Assembly (NCBI GenBank): GCA_032718475.1
Contig: JAUCBJ010005016.1
Location: 62,001 to 126,000 of the forward strand
DNA from: Nemertoderma westbladi
Taxonomy: Eukaryota > Animalia > Xenacoelomorpha
Direction: 5' to 3'
DNA length: 64,000 bases
A program made the translations under genes and the position numbers. Below, piece after piece: positions 9,002 through 20,099 of this stretch. Position 1 is the first letter of the stretch; each line of letters opens with the position of its first letter. The notes under the pieces are model-generated. The model saw only the letters and a list, made by a program, of their open reading frames with translations. It was not told the origin of the DNA and ran no database searches.

Positions 9002-11182
9002 TGTTTGGCTCCCGATAAATAGGTATATTGTTTTTTTTATGGGTTTTTCAACCTTTGTTTGATAGTGACCCCAGGGAAGTGATTGATTTTTATTAACCCA
9101 ATAAAGTTTATTGTCAAATGCGCTGAGAGCAAACTTATCTCGTGCTACAGTATACACTTTATGTAATTGACTCTGAAATTGATGCGTTTCCTTGGAAATT
9201 TCTTTGTTATCCTTATATGCTCTTAAATAATCTTCGTGGCAAATTTTTTTATCCACGACAGCTCTTGTTATTCCTTTCGCCCGTCGTATATTGGATTCAT
9301 TCCATTCCAAAATTGAATATAACTTTGGACATAAAAATACAGCTTCCTTAATCTCTCGTGAGCACAACTCGTCTTTACAGTAATAGAGTCTGGATTTATT
9401 TTTATCGCTGTAGAGAGGGTGATCCTTGGGGTAATTGGATGTATCTAGAATATTATTTTTAATTAAGGCTTTTAAAAAATTATTCTGCGATGTATTATAG
9501 TAACAACCTATTAAAGAGTCTGTATCTGATGCTACAATTTCAATTCGGCAGTTTAATTCTTTCTCAATAGGTAGCAATTTATCATAGTACAGCTGATACA
9601 TATCCAATTTAGCCAAATCCAAGACAGTACTACCTACATAGACTGGTTTATCGAGAGTTACAGAGTCTTTCACTAGTAAATGTCCCGATAAGGAATTGTT
9701 ATATATCATGAAATTTTCGTGATTTATACGTTTCACCAATTGATCGCATTTTTCTTTGCTATTTGCGATACGAAAGTTGCATCGGTCCCGTATTTTCTCA
9801 ATCGTTTTACCAAATAACGAGTTATTCAGCAGCTTTGCAACAGCTGTTTCAATGTAACTTTTTGCTAAATGTCTTTGATTAATATTAAAATCTATATAGG
9901 GTTTAAATACAAAGTCTTGATGGAAAGAATACAATTTATGGATCTTAGTAACAATTAAACCTTATTTTATATAAAATTTTAACAGTTTTATTACTTTTTG
10001 GAAATTATACTTACTACCTAATAATGTAATACGACCATTTTTAAATATTAATAATGTGGCACCAAATATCTTATATATAAACTGATTTGGTTTGAGTATG
10101 TGTTTACCAGATAATTGATTTTTTAATTCTTTAAAATTAATCGCTGACACTTGCTGGCAACTTACATTCTTATTAACTATCTGATAGTTCATTGTTTGGC
10201 TCCCGATAAATAGGTATATTGTTTTTTTTTACGGGTTTTTCAACCTTTGTTTGATAGTGACCCCAGGGAAGTGATTGATTTTTATTAACCCAATAAAGTT
10301 TATCGTCAAATGCGCTGAGAGCAAACTTATCTCGTGCTACAGTATACACTTTGTGTAATTGACTCTGAAATTGATGCGTTTCCTTGAAAATTTCTTCGTT
10401 ATCCTTATATGCTCTTAAATAATCTTCGTGGCAAATTTTTTTATCCACGACAGCTCTTGTTATTCCTTTCGCCCGTCGTATATTGGATTCATTCCATTCC
10501 AAAATTAAATATCACTTTGGACGTAAAAATACAGCTTCCTTAATCTCTCGTGAGCACAACTCGTCTTTACAGTAATAGAGTCTGGATTTATTTTTATCGC
10601 TGTAGAGAGGGTGATCCTTGGGGTAATTGGATGTATCTAGAATATTATTTTTAATTAAGGCTTTTAAAAAATTATTCTGCGATGTATTATAGTAACAACC
10701 TATTAAAGAGTCTGTATCTGATGCTACAATTTCAATTCGGCAGTTTAATTCTTTCTTAATAGGTAGCAATTTATCATAGTACAGCTGATACATATCCAAT
10801 TTAGCCAAATCCAAGACAGTACTACCTACATAGACTGGTTTATCGAGAGTTACAGAGTCTTTCACTAGTAAATGTCCCAATAAGGAATTGTTATATATCA
10901 TGAAATTTTCGTGATTTATACGTTTCATCAATTGATCACATTTTTCTTTGCTATTTGCGATACGAAAGTTGCATCGGTCCCGTATTTTCTCAATCGTTTT
11001 ACCAAATAACGAGTTATTCAGCAGCTTTGCAACAGCTGTTTCAATGTAACTTTTTGCTAAATGTCTTTGATTAATATTAAAATCTATATAGGGTTTAAAT
11101 ACAAAGTCTTGATGGAAAGAATACAATTTATGGAGCTTAGTAACAATTAAACCTTGTTTTATATAAAATTTTAACAGTTTTA
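8800..11182. repeat. ~1.19 kb tandem duplication (pPolB 3' part + TBP-like 5' part)
   Basis: 8800-9990 matches 9991-11182; junction at ~9990. The duplicated peptides are visible in the ORF track. Confidence 0.95.
9002..9990 (-). pseudogene. Duplicated pPolB C-terminal fragment, in frame with the TBP-like gene
   Basis: LLNNSLFGKT, ASDTDSL, LSAFDNK. The T-run at ~9031 is 1 nt shorter than in the other copy, fusing the frames. Confidence 0.85.
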
Positions 11183-14100
11183 AATTTACATGATAGAATT
11201 CTTTATCGAATTGTGTCAACATAAGTTTTGGTGCACACATCTTATACTTGCTATTAGTACCTCTTTGTTTACAAACATTATGATATTGTTCCCTCATATA
11301 TGGTGAAAGCATTGTCTCATTTATACTTAAATGTTCTGGGGCTAAGGGTAGTTCTAATGTACGATCATGAATATCTTTGGGATATTTCAAATCGCAAATT
11401 AAGAAAAACCCAATATCCCCTTCAGTATCAAGATTTGTTAATTATTTTATTAGTTCTTCTGGGGCAGCATTCTCTAAATATGTAACGTTGAGTTGTTCAA
11501 AACCTGAAACAGGTAGCTTTTTACTTAAATTACCCGAATATAAGGAATTAAAATCTATATTGAAAATATGACACTCTTCCTTGCTTGGATCATAATTATC
11601 AGTATCTGGTATATTTGATTCTATGTAATGCTTTCGACAGAATGAAACCCCTCCTCTAATAGATGCTTCAGAATTTCTATATGTTTGGTAATCTTTTATT
11701 AATTCTAACTTACATTTATTGTATTTCAGGGCGCAATCATAAGTGAAAGCTGCGATACTGCAATAATAAACTACTTCTAATTCGTAGTTTTGTTTACATA
11801 CTCTCCTAAAGTTCTCAAATATATCAGCGAGGAGACAAACATTGAGTTTTAAGTATGCTAAAAGATAATCCTTGAGATTTGAACAGTCAAACTGACTCCA
11901 TGATGCGTTGGCAAAACTATATTCCTCGGGTGTACAGGTATTTTGTGTTAATTTACTATAAAATTTGTCTATTGATGGTAATTTCGAATCATTGAATTTA
12001 TTTAAATCTGTCAGATACTCGTAGGGAAATATACCTTTTCGTTTAATTGTTGCATTATTTAAATTCGGATAAAAATATTTCATTTGCTGTTCAGTAATTG
12101 GTAGAACTGATGTTATATCCTCGCCATCTATATCCTTTGTTGAACAATCAACTAAAGTACTTAGGGAAAAGGATAAAAATTGATATGTGTCTAAGACACG
12201 TAGCTCAATCTTAGTTTTTTCATCTTTCACCGGTATATGCATACTTAGTGAAATATATCTTTCAGAATTTTTAGGGATTACCTTTATATCCCAATCGGAA
12301 TACCTATTATTGGTAAAACCAACTTGTAAAAGAAAATGCAAATTGTAGTGATTGCAGTTGTATGCAGCGAGTATATACATGTGTCGTTTCAACGATAAAG
12401 AGCGGTTACATGCGTTACAAGCGGCTGCTAAATAGTTACCAGTAATATGTGAGTGATGTTTGTTTTTCTCAGACTTATCCTTAAATAAAACATTGCAATA
12501 AAAGCAAGTTTTAGCTTTCCAAAAACTTAACTTATCTATATCATTAAGTATCATCTTCTCTCTCGTATGAGTTTCTGACCACTTATATAATTGGGTGATG
12601 TCATTATATACAGAGTCTAAAAAGTCTTGAATACAGTTGTTGTCGATTGTTTTTGTAAAGGTCTCCAAATAAAATTTTGGTGGATTGATTAATTCGCTAC
12701 TAGGGACAATTAAATAACTTACAGCGTAAGGAATATGATTCTGAATAAATTTACTGTTGCTGGATGGCTCCAAAATAGATTCTATATCAAAATATATTAC
12801 AAACAATGCTGGTAATGTTCTGTCTAAATTTTTAAAGCTAATGTGAGTTCTTTTTTCAGACGGTAGCTTCTCAACTTGACTTTTTCCTCGATAACAAGCA
12901 AGACGGTGACGTTCTAGAACATCCTTGCTGTAGAAATGAGACAAACACCGTTCACAAAATTTCCTACCTCCAATATGCTTACCTCTTGTATTCATCAAGC
13001 GATTCAAGTTAGTTATGCAAACATAATGTGATTGTTTACTCGTATTCTTATTTTTTACAAGTAATATATTCAATAACTCTTTATCTGGAGTGATTTTACT
13101 AAATGGTGCCTGTCTTAATATAGATACTCGATTGTTGTCGTAGAGTAATAAATTAATTATATATGCTGAATTCTGTTTTTCAAAAAGTTTAATTGCAAGC
13201 TGCCATTCTGTTGGATAATCTTTGTTCCCGTTGTCAAAAATAAAATGATTCATGTAATCTGTGTAATGCGAAGTACGATATTTGTTATCTTTCACTTTGC
13301 TACTAAATTTTGTGGCTATAATAGCCCATTTGAAACAGTCATTATCAGCCGTTTGTATATTTATAACACATCGTTTACTCGATAGAGCCTTAGGTAACTC
13401 CATATAACCGTGACCTTTATATTCCAGTGACCTACACTTGGATTCAGCTACTTTAATTTCCACTCTTAATAAAGATTTAACGCGCCACCCTGAGCCACGA
13501 GTGTTAAATATGGCTATTTTTTGCATTAATTTTTCTAGTACATACTCAAACCATGTGTCAAAACTTTCATGTGAATCTACGGTATTAACTGCACCACCTG
13601 AAGAACTAAAATAGAAAGCTTCTTCTTGATCACCCTCTGAAAAATGTGATCGATACATGAGTATATTCACACCTAGCCAGGGTCTAAGTACATTCATTTT
13701 GCTAAGTTTTCCTAATAATAGGTTTTTGATATTAGGAAGAATTTTTAGTATTGACGAATGAATATCAGGAAAATCTTCATCATTCGGAAGATTGTAAACA
13801 TAGATTTCTAAACGGTTATCATGTGCGGCTCGTTCGAGGTTAAAAATTGATGGTCCTTGACCAGATTTCAGTCTTTTTCTAGATGCGACAGTATTGTTTT
13901 GGTTCCGTTGTGGTGGTCTAACATGATAATAACATTGGTGACAGTCGTGACGTAAATAATCCTCATATAAATACTCTTTATTACAAGTAGGGCAAGTTTT
14001 TTCATACACGCAAAACTTCATTTTTTTACATCCAGTAGTTGATTCATGTCGTTTGCATATTTCTTCGCGTGAACATTTCACTCGACAATTAAAACAATTA

Positions 14101-14189
14101 TATTCTTGAAAATGCGACTTCAAATGAGTTAAATAATTTCGTTTAGAAATTTGAAGAGGACAAAATGGACATTTCAATTGTTTATCCAT
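10173..14189 (-). pseudogene. Protein-primed family B DNA polymerase (pPolB) with N-terminal C2H2 fingers; two nonsense codons
   Basis: One frame of 1339 codons with stops at 11442-11444 and 10512-10514. ExoI YFDIES, HHSHITG..AAACNACN, KGIFPYEY, DFNSLY, K3NSLFGK, DTDS. Confidence 0.95.
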
Positions 14190-14348
14190 CTCTTTATTAT
14201 CCTAAAAACAATTTAAAATTAATATGAATATTGTTATATATATAATCAAAAAAAAATTCATAAGCTACTCAACACAAATAAAATATAATATCTAAACTTT
14301 AATTAATTTAATATTTTCAGAATGAGCTCGATTGAATCAGTTGAGCTC

Positions 14349-14390
14349 TTTATATATATATTTCAAGTTTCTACTTATACCAACCAATCA
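14349..14390 (-). promoter_or_regulatory. Inverted CCAAT + TATA promoter of pPolB
   Basis: On the - strand: TGATTGGTTG...TATATATATAAA ~160 bp upstream of the pPolB ATG. Confidence 0.45.
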
Positions 14391-14733
14391 TAAATAACAG
14401 TTACATTGGGAACTAACATCATAAATAAAGTTGCTTTTACAACTGAATTCTTTATAATAAAATCAAGTCTAAACCAAGATGTATATAATGCGTTTTTAAT
14501 TTTCATTGATAAAGTAGGTTTTACACGCTAATGTTTTATTATGGTGGTGTAAACTCATGCATTTACATGCGAATGTTTTATACCTAATCCTGTGCTCACA
14601 TTAAAATTCACCAATATTTACTCAATAAAGTCACCTTTACATGCAAATACTTTATAATAATCATGCTTTGTGTTGAAGAGTTACCTTTACTAGTCAGTGT
14701 GAAACTGAAAAAAGATCTCTAGTTAATAATAAA

Positions 14734-15769
14734 TCAATCTGATACTGCTTTTATATATTCCTTATTGTAATCTGCTACCTCTTCACTTGCTTTTGTAACT
14801 TTTCTTTTCTTTGTAGGTATAGAATCATTGTTGGGAATGGAGGATGTTTGAGATGTAGATCTGCGCTTTCTATCACTCGATGTCTCTTTGATGTATGTCT
14901 TTGGATTAAATGTGGATGAAACTGTTTCTGGAAATGACTTATTAACCTTAAACTTCCAAGTTGGTTGATATAGAATCGCGAAACCGTCTGCTATATCAGT
15001 TGATGAAACCTTTTCCATCATATCGTTGAGAAACTCTATATGTGGTATGTCTTTATCATAATGTAACTGTAAATATTTGCTTTCCTTGTCTGTAATAATT
15101 ACTTTTTTTTCTTGTACATTTATTTTTACTTTAAGTCGGTTAGATAAAGCTTTATCGTTCGTGTCTAGCTCTGAAAAGACACCTTCGTTACTAATTTCAT
15201 AATTCCATTCATACCACAATGACCGATGCTGTTAAGTTAAACCCATTATAATACCTAAGACCAATAGCATCAGAATATCTAGCTGAAATCTCCCATAGTC
15301 CCATATAAGCCGTTCCTTTATATTTGCTTACAAAACCAACGAAAGATGGGTTGGTTAAATTAACAACAGAACACTGACTTATTATTTCGAGTGGTGGTGA
15401 TAACAATTCTACTATTTCTGTCTTACTCTGAAGCAATAAATTAATGAGTGATTTGTTTAGAATTTGACATTTGCCTCGCTTCTGAATATATACGTTTTCA
15501 GTAATAACACAGGTGGAAATATTTAAATTTCCTCTTGTAAATTCTATATTAGGATAAATATTACCTCTTGAAACTGATGATTCCTTTTGTCGGCTGATTA
15601 ATATTTCTAAGGTGTCTAGAAGGTAGAGTGTATCCCGGTAAGAGAAGCATGTTGTTACATTGCTATCGCTTGAGTGTAATATAAAGTACTTGCCATAAAC
15701 AATACTACAGGTATATTTATTACATGTAAATTTCCAAGTATTGTTTGAACTTTTTTTAAATAAATCCAT
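14734..15769 (-). pseudogene. Putative PC4/Sub1-like ssDNA-binding protein, probably one frameshifted gene, with C-terminal NLS
   Basis: FVSKYKGTAYMGLWE...NGFNLT resembles PC4 VSxFKGxxxIDIRE...KGISL; the conserved W follows in the overlapping frame at ~15215. RKRR and PTKKRKV NLS-like motifs. Confidence 0.45.
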
Positions 15770-16189
15770 AATTAGAATGAAAACTATTTTGAAAAATAAA
15801 AACTAAATAAATGATTATTAAAATGTAAAACTTCGGATTATATGGTTGCTTTAATACAAAAGAGTGACTTACAGTGAGGAATATAGTAGCTTCGTGTAAC
15901 AGATGCAACGTGTACAGCTAAAATTATCCTTCTAGGTTAATTACATTAGCGTGAGTTAGAGAGTGAAATAGCAGTAACGAGTAACAGATGCAACGAGAAC
16001 AATGCTAGTCCTATCATTCTAACTTATATTCAACTTAGTTGACCGACCAGTCACATATATACAACGATAAAAGAAATCGATTATTATTAATAGTTGAATT
16101 AATGTATTCTATGCTATAGTAATTATGATAAGGGACTAGATGCTATTTATAAACATCTGCTACCAGAGTTGAAGATGAAGAATTCAATG

Positions 16190-16831
16190 GCTACAGTATA
16201 ACTCGGATATTTATCGCCTTTTCCTCTCGAGGTTGGATGGGAGAGTGAGTGGAGAAAAGTGGGGAGTTATAACGGTCCCGAGTTTGAACCCTGTTGAATA
16301 TTTTGTTATCTGAAAAATTGCAAAATTAAATTTAGTTACTGGTGAAAAATAGTAGAAGTTACCTGTAGACACCCCTAGCGTCTGTAAAATAAAGGTTGGT
16401 AAATATGAAAATACTGGTTGCTGAAAAATAGCGATTTGAAAAATAGAAGAAGTTACCTATAGACACTCCTAGCGTCTGTAAAATTAAGGTTGGTGAATAT
16501 GAAAATACTGGTTGGTGAAAAATAGCGATTTGAAAAATAGTAGAAGTTACCTGACGCTAAGTGTAGACACCCGAGCGCCTGTAAAATAAAGGCTTACGAT
16601 TGGATGCAGTACTAGAAGAGGAAGTTTGTTGGGTGACAAATAACGCCTCTAGTGGAATAAGCGGGAACTTGAGAAGTTACCATGGTTACGGTTGAAATGC
16701 TGGCATCTGATTGGTTGAAATAATAACGACCGCTGCTAATGGTGGCTTCTGATTGGATGCAGTACTAAAAATGGATGGTAATGATGGGCTATGGGTGACC
16801 TTGTGCGGATGTCATACAAACATATACTACT
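16190..16831 (-). repeat. Right terminal inverted repeat
   Basis: GCTACAGTATAACTCGGATATTTATCGCC (16190) to GAAATAATAA (16726) mirrors 538 to 1. The extension to 16831 is inferred from the ACTACT terminus. Confidence 0.88.
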
Positions 16832-17370
16832 GTCGTATTTTAGTAGCCCCCCCCCCCCCCCCCCCTATACATTTTTTTACAACTTTTACGACATTTTTTA
16901 CAAATAATCTCACAAAATCTTGGGACATATTGACTATAAACGCTGCGTGGGCAGCAGGAAACGAACCCTTAACACCCAACCCCCCCCCCCCCCCCCCCCC
17001 CCCCCGCCTCCACGACCAGTACAAAACTGCGACATCTACCACCCATGGAAGGGTAGCGCGAACATAGATCCAATCGCACATCAAAGGCAAACTTACTTAC
17101 AATTTATTGAAACGAATTTAATTCCAAAATTAATTTTATACTTTGTTCCAATCGGGGCGAACTTAGTTCCAATCCCAGAATATTAATTTGGAAAAAATCA
17201 ATCAATAACCAGTACAGAAAACTAAAAAACCTCGTTTGGAGAAAACACTTTAATTTTGACGATTTAAAAATTTATAAAAAACTTTTTTACTAAAAAAAAG
17301 CTCGTTTAAGAAAATAGGTTGGTGAAACGTACTATGTTTTTCAATACCCATCAATACAATACAACAAATC

Positions 17371-18487
17371 ACTACTACTACTAAGTCGAGCGAACTCGGA
17401 CAGTGGAAATGAAATCCTTCCAGGCTTCCCGATTCTCAATAGTTGTCGCAATTTCGTTTCTCCCAAGTTCAGTATCCCTTTCAAGTTGATCTATATATGT
17501 TATGGCCGGTCGTCCACGACTACGCTTTCCCGAGTTGGTTGCCACAAAAGTAGATCTGGTATGACCTCGTCTTTACTTCGCCAGCAGTGCCCACTGAATC
17601 TTAATCTGCGTTCACGGAGGGTGGTTGATACAAGTGGTATTGTACCATAAAGCTCGGCGTTTGTCATGTGTTGTCTCCAGCTGATGTTTAGGGCTGCCCT
17701 TAGTAGTCTTGTGTAGCAACCATCAATTCGTTGTTCAAGTGATTTAGTCAGTGTCCAGGTCTCACCCCCGTATAAAAAAACACTTTCCACTGTGGCTCGA
17801 AAGAACTTAGTCTTCAGGTGCCTGGGGAGATCTGATTTCCAGATGGTATCCATTTTTGATAGAGCTACCCAAGCCTTTGCTTTCCTAACTTCTATGTCCT
17901 TTTTGCTACTCTCTATCCATGATCCTAGGTACTGGAAGTCGTCAACCTTCCTTAGTTGATTATTATCAATGGTTGTCAAGTTTCCATCAACATTAAAAGT
18001 CATGAATTCGGTCTTGGTAGCATTTATATGCAATCCAACCTCCTTAGCAGCCCTCTCCACTTTATTCAGTAGAAGCTGTGAATCTGCTAGCGTATTAGAG
18101 AACAGGACGATATCATCATCATGTCTGTGACTAGTTGCCGGATATCTACTACTTCTGCGTTCTTGAAGTGTGAATCTCAGATCTTCACCCTTTGTGGCCG
18201 TCCTCATTGTGTAATCCAGTACAATTACAAATAGTAATGGTGCTAATGTGTTACCTTGCAGTACGCCAGCCAGGATTGAGAAAAACTCAGTTTCACCATC
18301 TGGTGAGAGTAACTGTGCTTCTGTGTCACAATATAACAATCCAATGCCAGCAACGATTACTTCTGGTATTCCATAAGCTCTTAGGATTTCAAGCATTTTA
18401 CCTCTATGGATGGAGTCGAATGCCTTCTTGAAGTCCACAAAAGTCATGACTGCGGTGAGATTCCTTGACTTAAATCCTTCAATCAGT
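17371..18487 (-). mobile_element. RTE-clade LINE, 3' fragment (RT domain) with (TAG)n tail
   Basis: FVDFKKAFDSIHR, GVLQG.TLAPLLF, YLGSWI, RRLRFSGHCWR; frameshifted end GRPAITYIDQL...VRVRST* followed by TAGTAGTAGTAGT. Confidence 0.9.
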
Positions 18488-18700
18488 CTACTACTACTAT
18501 GATCGGCATGCTGCATTGCAGCTGCATTTTTAAGAATGCTATGCCGGCTTGTCGACAAAATTGCACCGCCACAACTCCCTATCACCCATGACATTTGCTA
18601 GATCATCCACATCTTCAAGGCCAGTGTCCTTTAAGATGCGTCTCAAGAAAGTCATGGGCTGTCCACCATGCTTATTCACTCTGTGGAGGCAATTTGGGTA
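18488..18700 (-). mobile_element. Short 5'-truncated RTE 3' end with (TAG)n tail
   Basis: HGGQPMTFLRRILKDTGL..L.NVMGDRELWR is an RTE C-terminus, followed by a short UTR and TAGTAGTAGTAG abutting the other RTE. Confidence 0.7.
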
Positions 18701-20099
18701 TTTGACCCTAATATTTATAAACATAGATGCTAGGTGCAAGCAGTAAGTATAACGCAATCCCAGAAAATAATAATTGACAATCAATAAGAAAGTAGGTAGG
18801 TTATAAGGAAAGTATAATCAATCAATTAAACATTCTTCATTCATTAACATAGGGAGGCTCAAAGACAAAACAATCATTAGTGCATTACAGCATTAGTTAC
18901 ATTAGTATATCAAACTGTAGGATCAACATGTAGGTAACAGCAATACAACAAAAGTTAAACAGCAATTGATATAAAGCAGTAGAAGATATAAGCAACAATC
19001 AATTCAATCATTAAAGTGATTGGATCGGCAGGCGGTAAGCACAGTATCATTATTACATACAGACTTCAGTTGAGAGAGTTTATTGTATATAGTTATATGA
19101 TGCAGCACTCAATGCGCAACTTAATAACAAACCATCCCTGGGCATGAAGGACTTCTTAAAATACCTCAATTACGAATCCTCGCTACTTATGATTACTCAA
19201 CGCCGTGAACGCAACGCGGACCCGAAACTCGACAAAAATCCTTCAACTAAACATTGCGAACGTGTATATCAAACGGATTTGTCTACATGCGAATAAGAAT
19301 CAGAGGAAAATGAGAGTTCCTATCATATATCGGATAATACTAAACGTACGACACTACAGCGAAAGGACCCTAGATCTCCATCTCATAGACGCAAAGGTCA
19401 ATCAGATATACCCTCACGTGACCGTACTCCGATCCGAACTCTTAAAACTCAAAACGCAACACATACTGAGGTGAAAACTTTTAAACCAATTATCAAGTCC
19501 GTAACTTATGCCAGCTGTTTGTTATGTAGTAAAGAGTCCCATAGATTATCACAATGTCCTGAGTTCATCAAGTTATCACTCGAGAAGTGAAGAGAAACTG
19601 CTGGTACACTTAGAGTAAGTTTCCTATGTTTATGTCCCGGCCATAGCAGAAACAGATGCTATCTAAAGGATACTTATAAATGCGTTAAATGTAATGGTAA
19701 CCATCATTATCTCTTACATCAGAAAGACATGATGCCGCATATGGAAGCGAAAGTTCAGTTCACTGATCATTCACCCTACGATTCTTCTGGATATTCGGAA
19801 CAAGAATTCGACACAGATGAATTTGCGACCGATAATGAAAGTTGCAACCACATAATGGTGTATGAAGCCATCACCTACGAGTCGCCAACTACTCCAGAAC
19901 AAACATCAGATGAGCAAATATCACAGCAAACATCAGGCCCAAAATCGATTGGTGTTCGCAATTCCCCATTCTGCAAGTAAGGTTACATTATAACAACCGC
20001 AACATCATAGTAAACGCCTTACTTGACACTGGTAGTTCAGGATCATTTATAGACCAAGACCTTGCCAACGAACTATTTGATGAGAATGATGGACACCCA

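Larger units (their letters stand above)
1..16831. mobile_element. Polinton/Maverick (adintovirus-like) endogenous dsDNA element, decayed, left terminus outside the window
   Basis: 1-538 is the reverse complement of ~16190-16726. The interval holds pPolB, A32 ATPase, DJR capsid, penton and adenain protease. A candidate terminus ...CATATACTACT at 16831 (5'-AGTAGT on the - strand) precedes host-like poly-C DNA. The exact end is inferred. Confidence 0.95.

Noticed and set aside
8447-9934. 495-aa pPolB-TBP fusion as a native protein
   Set aside because: It arises from the tandem duplication plus a 1-nt homopolymer difference; the other copy has separate overlapping ORFs.
16753-17186. Poly-Pro/poly-Gly ORFs
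   Set aside because: Caused by poly-C homopolymers.
17371-17382. (ACT)4 as the Polinton right terminus
   Set aside because: It directly continues the RTE stop codon as its (TAG)n tail. ACTACT at 16826-16831 fits better, though this cannot be proven without the left end.
17500-18594. N-terminus of the 364-aa RT ORF (MSWVIG...HSSS)
   Set aside because: Chimeric read-through from the adjacent RTE 3' end and its (TAG)n tail.
18700-19060. 5' LTR of the BEL element
   Set aside because: Plausible position, but no matching 3' copy or recognisable PBS was found by eye.
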